Source: Bispira polyomma (taxonomy: Eukaryota). Taken from it: DNA of 64,000 nucleotides. The stretch is from NCBI GenBank assembly GCA_965649765.1, contig OZ287752.1:496001-560000 (forward strand). The letters are read 5' to 3'. The position numbers and the translations under genes were made by a program. Below the pieces are notes generated by a model. That model was not told the origin of the DNA, searched no databases, and was given only the letters and a program-made list of their open reading frames with translations. The number at the start of each line of letters is the position of its first letter. The stretch's first letter is position 1. This document shows positions 27,501 through 37,125 of this stretch, one piece after another.

Positions 27501-30500
27501 TAGTTTGGTGTACAAAGTGGAGATAATGAAGTTTAGACAAAATACAGTCAACCCTCTTCTCATTTTACATTATTCTTTTGGTTCTTATTTGAATTTCTCT
27601 TCTAATAATTGACACGTTAATTTTCTGAACAGTATCATACTCTCCACCAGCATTCAGAAAATAGAGTTTCTATGGAGCATAGAGTGGAGTTGACTGGTGT
27701 ACTATTTACTAATCAATACTTTATGGATCTGCACGTATAAAGAAGTGGCATACAAAATATAAAACAGAGATCATGTACAAACTAGTGGATAGTTGCTAAT
27801 GTGACACAACATTAATATAAAAAGATTATATAACTTTTAAATAATAACTAATAAACTGATAGTATAGAAAATTTAATTTATAATAACCAAATAAATAATA
27901 ACTCTTATACCCACGAGTGGATAAGTCACAAGATAAATATTGAAAGCAAAATTATATATCATTTGATATTCAGACATACCAAGAAAGTGAAACTTGTCAA
28001 ATTATAAAATTTAAACCGCTTCCTTGTTCTGATGCGGATTAACATGAAAAACAGATTAAAAATTGACCATTGACTTTGTATTGTGAAGTCGACCTGAGGT
28101 ACCCGGCTGTGTAAGAACTTTCAGGTATTTTGGCATTCTAGGTGGTTTTAATACTGTACCTTACTTTATGTAAAATAGGCATAAAATATATGTAGCTGTG
28201 TAATATACTAATGTTTTGTTTCTAAATATTCTGAGGACAGCCTGTTGTTTGTGCGAACTATCTCTGAAATAAAGCTATTATTATTTGTATTTTTACATTG
28301 ATATTTTTAAAGCAAAAGCTTTACAAAGTCCTCAGTTGGTACAAATGAAAAACTTTACCTGTGATAACCAGCATTTCTGTTCGGTTCTGCCAGTGAAAGT
28401 CAAGGGTCATTTTGGATGTAACAATATAATTAGCACCAATTTTAGCACAGGATTCATACAACAGCATTGCATCAAAACCTAAAAGAATATAAAGGCCATT
28501 ATATGATTGAGTATGTGTAATGTGAGAATTCGTTTTGTAAGACGTGTAGAATCACTACTACCTTAATTAACAATGCTTCGTGTCTGATATATTCCAACAA
28601 AACTTACTGGATTGTTTTTCTACTTAGTTCTTTGAAATTATACAATGTAATGGTCATTTCATAGTCTTTGTAATTATACAATGTAATGGTCATTTCATAG
28701 TCTTTGTAATTCAAATTTATTAATAAATATCCTACATACTTTAATTAATTTTGTACAAATCGGATAGTAGCAGTGATATTTCAGTATAGAAGAAATATAC
28801 AATATTTATTATAGACATTTGGTTAATGTAATAAAGGTATTACTATATTGCTGTCATAATTGTTATTATTGTTTGAAAACAAAATTAATGTAATCATAAA
28901 ACTCACCCTCTGACAATCATGACAAATACATGAAATACAATTTACAACAACTGTACAAACATGAACAGCATATTTTGCACTACTTACAGTCAGATATGAC
29001 TGACAAGTCCATCTGGCCGCCATATTGGTCTGAGGAAGCAGAACAGTGCAGAGATTTTGTGGTGCTGCCATCTAGGAATGGTCTACTGACGTCACACGTC
29101 ACTTGATAGTATCTGGTACATGCATCACCTAGCAACACAAAAGTCCAACAATATAACCAGATAAACCATGACCAGTGGCCAGACCTTCAAAAAAACTTAC
29201 TTCAGTGAAGTTAATCTTCAGCAACCATTTCTGAAAGTAATTTAGGCTGATCGATATTTTGTTTAATCCATTTTCAATTTACAGAGTAAAGTCTCAGTTG
29301 AACTCTGCATTTCATGTCAATTTTACAGATATAATTAAAATACTACTTTTAAATTTGGTGTACAATTTCTACAAAATATCCTTGAATATTTACCTGATTT
29401 TGAGTTAAGTTGCCCATAGAGTGGACTTGGCTTGCCACACGCATGCTCTAAAACATAAGTTTATAATTAAAAAATAGCATTATGTCACACAGGCTCGTTC
29501 ATTCCTCCTTTAATTGACAATGTATAAGGCTTGGTCATGAATTTTTTTCCTTTTTGGCCTGTTAATAATATGTTGTAGTTTGCTCAACTGTTTTATAGTT
29601 TGGTTATGTCACTGGTCTCATGGTTTGGTCATGTGATTGTTTCATGGCAATTTTTTCATAGTTGGTCACGTGACTTGTGTCATAGATGGGGTCTTAGACC
29701 ATCTTTTCAGATTGTCCCATGTTACTTTGCCCAACACTGTTTCCCCAAATAGTTGTATGTCATGTTGCATTGGTTTCCAAAACCCTTCCCCTCTCTGTAC
29801 CACATGAATGCACTGGCTCAGCCAAGGACAAACAACATCAATGTCAACTGGACCATTAGAACTCGATCATCAATGCTAACTCACACAGTCCTGACAAGTT
29901 AACTAAAAAAACTTCATCTGACATCTCAACAACCTTTGTCTGATAGGCATTGATTCATTTATCATGGGATCAATTTGGAAAATTATTCATTGATAAGATA
30001 AGCAAACTCCAAGGTTCTCAATTCTACCTACTAGCCGTGGGCTTCAAAGTGTCTAGTCTGTTCAAGTTTCACACACTTTTAGAGAATGGTGTTCTCAAAC
30101 TCCTAAAATCCTCTTCTGTCAAACCCTGCAAAACTTGATTTTGTCCCTGCCACGATTGTCTGCATATTCTTATCACTCCTCTTGTTTTAAAATCCCGGAG
30201 GAAAATGAGCTGAAAATTACAGACCTGTTTTCAATCTCAGATTTGTGTCTAAACTGATTGAGGAGATTGTCGCAAAAAAAATCTTTGATCACATTATCAC
30301 GCAAAACTTTACTAACTCAGATCAATCTCCTTTCAGAAATGTTTACTGCACAGAAAGTGCCCTTTCTTCCACCAGTAATGCAATACCTTGGATTTTAATG
30401 AAAATGTTGGCCTCATCCGTGAACCTGGTTTACTAGCTGACAGAGTTAAATAGTGGATCCTAGCTGACTCTCAGAACCCAAAAATTAAAATTAAATGACA

Positions 30501-33500
30501 ACTTATTATCCTCTTTGAATCTACCATACATAGTACCTCAGCCGTTGGTCCTCATGCCTCTTATTTAACCCTTTATACATATCCCCCAGCATTGTTATCT
30601 CCACAAATATTCCCTATTACACTACAAGGGAAACATAGTCTACCTTCTGATGTAAAGCGCCTCAGTGTTACAGTTAAATCTGTCTTTTCATTTGATACTC
30701 ACTCGAATGTAGAGAGTAAATATACTCTCTGTAAAAACCTTTATCATTCCCAGAGTTGTATTTACCTGTTTTATGCATGGTGTCTAATCCTCCGTCCAGT
30801 ACCTGAGAGTTGTATTTACCTGTTTTATATATGGTATCTAACCCTCCATCCAGTACCTAGTATCTAGAGTTGTATTTACCTGTTTTCTACATGGTGTCTA
30901 ACCCTCCGTCCAGTGCCTGATACTTAGAGTTGTATTTACCTGTATTATATATGGTGTCTAACCTTCAGTCCAGTACCTGATACCTAGAGTTGTATTTACC
31001 TGTTTTATATATTGCGTCTAACCCTCCGTCCAGTACCTGGTATCTGGAGTTGTATATACCAGGACACAGAAACAACCGTAACCCTGTCCAGTCGTCTAGA
31101 ACCCAGGCTGGATCACCTACAAACAAAGTACATTGTAAAGCCATTGACTTGTTTGTTTGTCACCAGGGTAACACATACCTACTGAACTGATTGACAAGGA
31201 ATTGGGTGAGGAAAGACAGGAATAGAAAAGACATAACACCATTCGTTTTTTCCCTTGGTGGCACTTTGTTGCCTTGTTATATGTATCCACTTTACTTAAT
31301 GTTAGAGTTAATGTGTAGTTATTTGTACTATCTATCTTTGTTCTGCCAGAATGAACCAACACGTCTTCAAAAGTAGTAATACCTTTTGTTTCATTTATTG
31401 TAGAGAGAGAATTTTTATTCTTTTGAGTTTGACATTACTTTCAACATTTTTGAATTAATCTTTTTGTAGATATATTCTTGGGAAACTACACAGCAACTAT
31501 CGAGACTAAATAGCATGCTTTCCAGTATAAAATTTCGACACTAACAACAAAAAGATTGTGATTCTTGTATAGAATTACAAAGGACAACTGCTATTATTTT
31601 TGCAAGAAAGAAACTGAAACCACATTGACCACTTTTTGCAAAAGCATAAAAACAGCACAAGTAATAACTTTGATAATACATCAGCTTTAATGTTTACTCC
31701 GTCCTAGACACTTTTACATGTAAACACTTCTTTTTGTGTGCCAGTTGACTTAATGAGGCAGTTTTGATAAATTATTTATTGATAATTGTTAAGAAATATA
31801 CACATAACTAAAAGCCTTGTGGGTAAATGACATATATAAAACATCACTATCGTTTATCGTTTACTTCTGTACAAACTGAGAAGGCAAGATTAATTTGAAT
31901 AGAAACCTTTAAAACCTCTATTTTCAAGGTTGCAAATTCAACTCCACTGAACAAACCATGTTTGAAAGCCTGATTTATTCGTGACTGAAGGGACTAGAAC
32001 TTGTTCTATATTTCAGTTACCTGCTATACCCATAGACAGGGTTTGATCTCTGTCTGCACCCAAATCAGCCACAGTATTTGTAAAACTGGTGATGTAAGAC
32101 TTCTGTTTCTCAGCCCCATAGAGATGGACAATGCCTGCCAATGTAGAGGTACAAGTATGTAGGCCAGTTGTAGAGGTACAGGTATGTAGGCCAGTTGTAG
32201 AGGTTCAAGTATGTAGGCCAGTTGTAGAGGTACAGGTATGTAGGTCAGTTGTAGAGGTACAAGTATGTAGGCCAGTTGTAGAGGTACAGGTATGTAGGTC
32301 AGTTGTAGAGGTACAGGTATGTGGGTCAGTTGTAGAGGTACAGGTATGTAGGTCAGTTGTAGAGGTACAGGTATGTAGGCCAGTTGTAGAGGTACAGGTA
32401 TGTAGGTCAGTTCTAGGGTAAAACCGTGATTAGAACCACTTCTATTATCTGAAGATCCAATTTTATTAACACACTTTGTTCTACATGTGCATTGTTTTTT
32501 CTGTACTAGCGCACTCTAAGGTCCATTTGATTAGAAACAATATTTTATCATTTTAAATTAGAACTAGGGTCAATTACAAGTAGGCAGGTAGTGCCTGGTC
32601 GTTGTCAGCTATGGTGGGAATGTTTTGCCAAACAAACAAGTTGTTTAAGTCTCCATGTAACAGTTCTAAGGGTAAAAGTTGTATGTACTGTATAACATAA
32701 CGTCATTCCACAGTCGCACCATATGACAAACTACATTCAAAGTCAACTTCAGGTTTCTCTATAAAATGTAGGTATTAATATGGTGTTTGACAAAGAAGGG
32801 GGTCACCAAACTCAAACAATGACCACTCACAATTTGCAATAGTTACAAAACTTCCAAATTAACTGTACATGACTGTAAATGCTCTATATTTACCATTTGT
32901 CTGTCTCTTTTTCCGCTTTCTGTCACTTGTATAATCACCAGACAAGAGGTCATTGAGAACTTGGCTTCTGTAGAGCTGAGAGCTCTTCACCGGATTGATG
33001 TTACACACAGTTACCGCTGTAATCAAGTGGGGTGTATAGGTCAGAGGGTGTATATGTAGGTTAGATGGTGTATGTATGTCAATGGGTGTATGTATAGGTC
33101 ACATGGTGTATATATATAGGTCAAAGGGTGTGTGTATAGGTCAAATGGTGTATGTATACGTCAAAGGGTGTATATACAGATCAAAGGGTGTATGTATAGG
33201 TCAAAGGGTGTATATATATATAGGTCAAAGGGTGTATATATATAGGTCAAAGGGTGTATATATAGGTCAAAGGGTGTATATCTAGGTCAAAGGGTGTGTT
33301 TATAGGTTAAAGGGTGTAGGTATAGGTCAAAGGGTGTGTTTATAGGTTAAAGGGTGTATGTATATGTCAAAGGGTGTATGTATATGTCAAAGGGTGTATG
33401 TATAAGTCAAAAGCTGTATGTATAGGTCAAATGATGTATATATATATAGGTCAAAGGGTGTATATATAGGTCAAATGGTGTATATATATAGGTCAAATGG

Positions 33501-35273
33501 TGTATATATATAGGTCAAAGGGTGTATATATATAGGTCAAAGGGTGTATGTATAGGTCAAATGGTGTATGTATACGTCAAAAGTGTATATATAGGTCAAA
33601 GGGTGTGTTGTAGGTCAAAGGATATATGTATAGGTCAAAGGGTGTGTGTATATGTCAAAGGGTGTATGTATAGGTCAAATGGTGTATATATATAGGTCAA
33701 AGGGTGTATATATAGGTCAAAGGGTGTATGTATAGATCAAATGGTATATATATACAGGTCAAAGAGTGTGTGTATAGGTCAAATGGTGTATATATATATA
33801 TATATATATATAGGTCAAAGGGTGTATNNNNNNNNNNNNNNNNNNNNNNNNNNNNNNNNNNNNNNNNNNNNNNNNNNNNNNNNNNNNNNNNNNNNNNNNN
33901 NNNNNNNNNNNNNNNNNNNNNNNNNNNNNNNNNNNNNNNNNNNNNNNNNNNNNNNNNNNNNNNNNNNNNNNNNNNNNNNNNNNNNAGAAACTTAAGGAAG
34001 TTACAGTTCATTCAAAACTATCTGTGTAGAGTCGATTTCCATCTGGAGATCCATACTTATGTTTCCATACCTTAACAATTACATTGGCTTCCTATAGTTA
34101 ATATAAAATTTTTAAAATCTATGTACCCACTTTTAAAGCATGTTGTCTCTCAAGAGCCCTCCTACCTTGCTGCTCGAATTTCCTTTAGCAACTTAAAGAG
34201 GGGAAGGAGATTCTGTGTTTTCTGTGTAAAACCTACCAAGAGGGTTTGATCTAGAGCTATCAGGGGGCTTATATACAAGTTAGGGGCTGCATAATACAGT
34301 CAGAGAGTAATATACAGGCAAAAGGGTGTAGGTCAGAGGATGTATATATAGGTCAGACGATGTATATACTTCATATGATGAATATATAGGTCACAGGCGG
34401 ATATATAGGTCACAGGTGGAAATGAACTACCGGTTGAAACTTGTATCGGTTATGCATATAATGTCATTTTTAATTTCAAATATACTGAGTGTAGTGAGTT
34501 TAGACCGAATGCCTTTCTATGAATACCCCTGACATCCTTACATATCTACCTACCTGGAAATACCATGTTATAGCTGTTGACGATCTGCATGTTCACACTG
34601 ACCCTGAACTTCAGGAAAGTGTAAAAAAGACTGTAGACGTGAAAAATCATGGCTCCCAGTACGAGGACATTGATACACAGCCAAAGAGTGACCTTGACTG
34701 GCCCTGGAAGTAAACAAGGGTCAAACAATAATGTGCACAACCAGCGAGTGACCTTCAGAGAGCCTGAAAAACTAGATAGTTGATTTTTCTATTTCCATTT
34801 AATGACCTATGACTGCAACTTTTCCACAGGCTTGTTAAATATTAAGTTAATTAACAATGACCTATGGCTACAGCTTCTCAACTTCACCACAGGCTTGTCA
34901 TATATGTAGTTAATTAACAATGACCTATGACTACAACTTTACCACAGGCTTGTCATATATCAAGTTAATTAACAATGACCTATGACGACAGCTTCACCAC
35001 AGGCTTTTCAAATATCAAGTTAATTAACATGCTTTGAAATATTTTTAAAGACCCCCAAAAGTCGCAAAGATATATATATGAAATAGATATGACCTAGAAC
35101 ATGTAACGCCCACCTCTGGCCTGTGTAACATGGGGTATCCCATGTGCTGTTGTCCCTTCTTTAAACCCGGCCCACAATGACTTGGCTGTAGGTCTTCTGT
35201 TTCCACTGGCTTCTTGCGTCAGGTGATATTCATACAACCTTGACCTTCTTCTCGGCTCTTCCGGTGACGTCAT
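12327..35273 (-). CDS. DEG/ENaC-family amiloride-sensitive channel subunit, 22 coding exons, ~887 aa, with two inserted betagamma-crystallin-like + Sushi modules
   Basis: All introns are GT-AG with matching phases, and exon lengths sum to 2664 nt with no internal stop. Motifs: TTAHGIPH, TM1, FPAVTVCNINP, SCTYEG, GNCFTYNSG, GLSLMIN..AGARIVLH, Cys-rich thumb, ISDLGGAVGLWFGLS (TM2), PPPY. Confidence 0.92.
13817..13967 (-). CDS. DEG/ENaC exon 21: TM2 / selectivity filter
   Basis: EYQLISDLGGAVGLWFGLSVLSFFEFFELLLDL. ttacag| and |gttagt. Confidence 0.93.
14160..14405. repeat. Degenerate minisatellite next to the exon 20 donor
   Basis: Repeated CACATATATG(C/A)CACAC and CTCACCACATAT units. Confidence 0.75.
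14406..14549 (-). CDS. DEG/ENaC exon 20
   Basis: EKVLEDLEAD...RDNLLKLDIYYKEFNLERVIEKPSYV. tttag| and |gtaagt. Confidence 0.92.
15432..15489 (-). CDS. DEG/ENaC exon 19
   Basis: SDSFYITDLSTALWPSDKHV (WPS motif). tttcag| and |gtaagt. Confidence 0.9.
15530..15705. repeat. 33-bp minisatellite, ~5 copies
   Basis: Unit CTTACCTTTACCAAGCCA(A/G)CATAGAGTCAAATG. Confidence 0.9.
16072..16144 (-). CDS. DEG/ENaC exon 18
   Basis: VSCLKGVEEEFTSGQLSCDCPQRC (thumb CxCPxxC). Confidence 0.9.
16992..17121 (-). CDS. DEG/ENaC exon 17
   Basis: GCVKTCYQKYLVSRCGCGDPLYPL...AC (thumb). Confidence 0.92.
17278..18448. repeat. 36-bp minisatellite, ~32 copies, related to the exon 16 end and donor
   Basis: Unit GACATCATCACTTACTGTACTCCACTGG(A/G)TAATAGT. 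Confidence 0.97.
18449..18556 (-). CDS. DEG/ENaC exon 16
   Basis: VDMERKSHPYGNCTTDY...YPVEYSSM. atacag| and |gtaagt. Confidence 0.92.
19100..19850 (+). mobile_element. Highly deleted DIRS/Ngaro relic (RT connection and YR pieces) in intron 15
   Basis: KRDLQSLLGILIYLHKCVYPACLFVNYMLQTLRG, KHPASCPV-like segment and YGFHAFRHS (HxxR). Confidence 0.75.
20524..20687 (-). CDS. DEG/ENaC exon 15
   Basis: GLSLMINVDQSEY...AGARIVLHTQNMMPYPRDLGILAQPGQLLSIGVRQ. Confidence 0.95.
21185..21294 (-). CDS. DEG/ENaC exon 14
   Basis: DFQHFYDPLLGNCFTYNSGW...TGQRYG (family signature). Confidence 0.95.
21825..22412 (+). mobile_element. LINE 3' fragment (CR1/L2-group) with (ATA)n tail
   Basis: LVSSRLDYCNSLLFG, KLQSIQN, KLHWLPI. 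AATAAA then ATAATAATAA. Confidence 0.85.
22485..22567 (-). CDS. DEG/ENaC exon 13
   Basis: DTKVAMGYQINELILSCTYEGRVCELAR. Confidence 0.92.
23027..23091 (-). CDS. DEG/ENaC exon 12
   Basis: DPMSDDFLLGENVIETLSTETQ. Supplies the required phase 1->0 change. Confidence 0.8.
23461..23550 (-). CDS. DEG/ENaC exon 11: Ser/Thr-rich linker
   Basis: AMSTSTEPTTTVSIVTDPVNTSIEYRLPEE. tttacag| and |gtcagt, phase 1-1. Confidence 0.75.
24051..24251 (-). CDS. DEG/ENaC exon 10: Sushi/CCP domain 2
   Basis: LCPNIP...LTYTCDTGYQFSDG...LVC...GTWEGNVVTCE, phase 1-1. Confidence 0.88.
25981..26112 (-). CDS. DEG/ENaC exon 9: betagamma-crystallin-like domain 2, second Greek key
   Basis: GPSAWLVFDAPYYSTDGEWSSLCPGEYSSGEFFTAATIESVSKI, phase 1-1. 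Confidence 0.8.
   Translation of the reverse strand, partial: APVPGLYLMLHITAQMGSGAVCVQGSIRVESFSLQQPLNLSPR
26179..26611. repeat. 41-bp minisatellite, ~10 copies, resembling the exon 9 acceptor
   Basis: Unit GTACTGGGGTCTGAATA(C/T)AGGGGAAATAGA(G/A)CACATACAC(A/G). Confidence 0.95.
26612..26878 (+). mobile_element. tRNA-derived SINE with TSD
   Basis: GGGGCC..GGTAGCCTAGTGG (A box), GTTCGAATCC (B box), (AATTC)n tail. TSD GTCTGAAATATACA at 26598-26611 and 26879-26892. Confidence 0.92.
28359..28478 (-). CDS. DEG/ENaC exon 8: last Cys of Sushi 1 + crystallin-like domain 2, first Greek key
   Basis: CFDAMLLYESCAKIGANYIVTSKMTLDFHWQNRTEMLVIT. cttttag| and |gtaaag, phase 1-1. Confidence 0.78.
28988..29128 (-). 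CDS. DEG/ENaC exon 7: Sushi-like domain 1 body
   Basis: GDACTRYYQVTCDVSRPFLDGSTTKSLHCSASSDQYGGQMDLSVISD(C). |gtaagt. Confidence 0.8.
29394..29447 (-). CDS. DEG/ENaC exon 6: Sushi-like domain 1 start
   Basis: EHACGKPSPLYGQLNSKS. gttttag| and |gtaaat, 54 nt, phase 1-1. Confidence 0.72.
29780..30750 (+). mobile_element. Heavily decayed CR1/L2-group LINE ORF2
   Basis: FIDKISKL, NYRPVFNLRFVSKLIEEIV, QSPFR..CTESAL, FPITLQG remnants. Confidence 0.7.
30751..31058. repeat. 60-bp tandem repeat, ~5 copies, of the exon 5 3' end plus donor
   Basis: Unit GAGTTGTATTTACCTGTTTTATATATGGTGTCTAACCCTCCGTCCAGTACCTGATA... Confidence 0.92.
31000..31116 (-). CDS. DEG/ENaC exon 5: crystallin-like domain 1, second Greek key
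   Basis: GDPAWVLDDWTGLRLFLCPGIYNSRYQVLDGGLDAIYKT. Paralogous to exon 9 (AW..LCPG.Y). Confidence 0.75.
32021..32134 (-). CDS. DEG/ENaC exon 4: crystallin-like domain 1, first Greek key
   Basis: GIVHLYGAEKQKSYITSFTNTVADLGADRDQTLSMGIA. Only the phase-1 frame is open. |gtaact donor. Confidence 0.75.
32142..32415. repeat. 27-bp minisatellite, ~10 copies, abutting the exon 4 acceptor
   Basis: Unit GTAGAGGTACAGGTATGTAGG(C/T)CAGTT. Confidence 0.95.
32894..33016 (-). CDS. DEG/ENaC exon 3 (AVTVCN motif, furin-type site)
   Basis: AVTVCNINPVKSSQLYRSQVLNDLLSGDYTSDRKRKKRQTN. Confidence 0.95.
33030..33827. repeat. ~20-bp minisatellite with variable (TA)n, running into the gap
   Basis: Unit AGGTCAAAGGGTGTATATAT. 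Confidence 0.95.
33828..33985. other. Assembly gap (N run)
   Basis: Run of Ns inside intron 2. Confidence 1.
33986..34260 (+). mobile_element. LINE 3' fragment (second CR1/L2-group family)
   Basis: KLQFIQNYLCRV..LHWLPI. Similar to the reverse complement of 55500-55780. Confidence 0.8.
34554..34703 (-). CDS. DEG/ENaC exon 2: TM1
   Basis: GPVKVTLWLCINVLVLGAMIFHVYSLFYTFLKFRVSVNMQIVNSYNMVFP. An alternative in-frame acceptor lies at 34763. Confidence 0.92.
34800..35030. repeat. ~55-bp tandem repeat, ~4 copies, in intron 1
   Basis: AATGACCTATGAC..CACCACAGGCTTGTCATATATCAAGTTAATTAAC. Confidence 0.85.
35114..35273 (-). CDS. DEG/ENaC exon 1: N-terminus with HG gating motif
   Basis: MTSPEEPRRR...SLWAGFKEGTTAHGIPHVTQAR. 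The start ATG at 35273 is the likely one. Confidence 0.88.
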
Positions 35274-36870
35274 GATGACACAACAACTATCAACTGTTTC
35301 ATATCTAACCACTGCTTGTGTTACCTTTAATAATCCAGATTATTTCATCCCATATACACATTTCTTATGAATTTCATTTTCAAATATCTTGAACACAATC
35401 ATATTACACTAAAAGTCTCATAACCAGCAGTAGACCATGTTGTTTTGTCAATGAGTCTTGATGACAGTACTTTAATACATGTATGTCTGTTAATGTGTTC
35501 TTTATTCAAACCTAAGTTTATATTGTTGCTGTTTGTATATTTAAAATTATGATTAATAAATTCCATTCATCCGTTTTCTATTATTTGTATGCATATTTGT
35601 GTATATGTGTATACATGTGTACATTACATATCAATAAAGTGCGTTAAAATAATAATAATATTATTATCACATATTTTACTAAGCATCTTATAAAATAAAT
35701 AATGTAAAAAATAGAAAACATAAATTGTCAATTTACTGTATGGTTCAATATCAATTTTCAATTTCCCAAAAGACAAAGAATATTTTCAGATATTTTTTAT
35801 AAATCTAACAGTATGAAAAATTTACAGTTTGAAAAAGAAACCTAATTCATGAAATAAATTTGATAATTATTAAAAAATAGTTTTACCCACAATTATTTCA
35901 CTGATATGCACAAAACAAACTCGTTTTACCCACAATGACTTCAGTGATATCCACAAAACAGTACTGAGGTCTCTGTAGAGTGAAGAGTATTTAAATTTTA
36001 CATGAGTTTATGACTTCATATTCAGAAATCTGTCAAACTTGTCAGCAATTACAACACACTAAGGTTTGACACGTCTTATTGATGTTTACAACCTTGATTG
36101 TTTTGTCTTTCTTTACAGTTTATATAACAATAACTACATATCCTGCACCTGTTCCCCCCTCACATGCCCCCACTCAGTCCTTGTCAAAGGGTTTGTGTTT
36201 ACATAAAGAAACTCAGTCTTTGAACAGGGACTTGTAGCCAGAGATCCAGACTTGTACTTAACATGGAGCAGTCCATGAATCATTTGGAAGTAATTAAGTC
36301 CTGGATATCCAGAGTTATTACAGCCTATTGGCGTGTGACCTCATTGATCTCAGGAGAGGAAGGCAATCATATAATAACACTTAATGTAGATGTTTTATCC
36401 TCAGCTCCCAAAATTGTGAGATAACAGATAATAGATTGGGAATGGATGTCAATTACATGTCAGTTATTTCAATGAATCGTGGAGATTGATAGGTTTAATG
36501 TTGTATTAATTTTCTATGGTATTCAATGGCAACCATAAACCAGCAGAAACTCGTTTGGTTTCATAAGTTAATATGTCACACATGTCAATACAAACTTGTG
36601 GGCCTTTCAATACACAAGTGGCTTGTGTGATTTGTATTTATTTATTTACTTACTTTGGTAAGTGATATGCAAATTTATAATTTCTATAATAACATCTCAA
36701 AATCAACAGACCTTGTTTGCACGATCCAGAATTCAGGAAAAATCCTTACTTCATTTAAGCATAATAATTATCAATCGAGCATAGTCCAAATGAAGGTCTA
36801 CTATACTCCAAACCAATTAAACAGAAAACTTGTACTCAGATTTATACATCATTCAATCCTTTGTCCACTC

Positions 36871-37125
36871 TACATATAATGACCACAGTGCTATACCAGG
36901 AGTACCATATGATATACAGTATACATATAATGACCACAGTGCTATATCAGGAGTACCATATGATATACAGTATACATATAATGACCACAGTGCTATATCA
37001 GGAGTACCATATGATATACAGTATACATATAATGACCACAGTGCTATATCAGGAGTACCATATGATATACAGTATACATATAATGACCACAGTGCTATAC
37101 CAGGAGTACCACATGATATACAGTA
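36871..37125. repeat. 51-bp minisatellite, 5 copies
   Basis: Unit TACATATAATGACCACAGTGCTATA(C/T)CAGGAGTACCATATGATATACAGTA. Confidence 0.95.
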
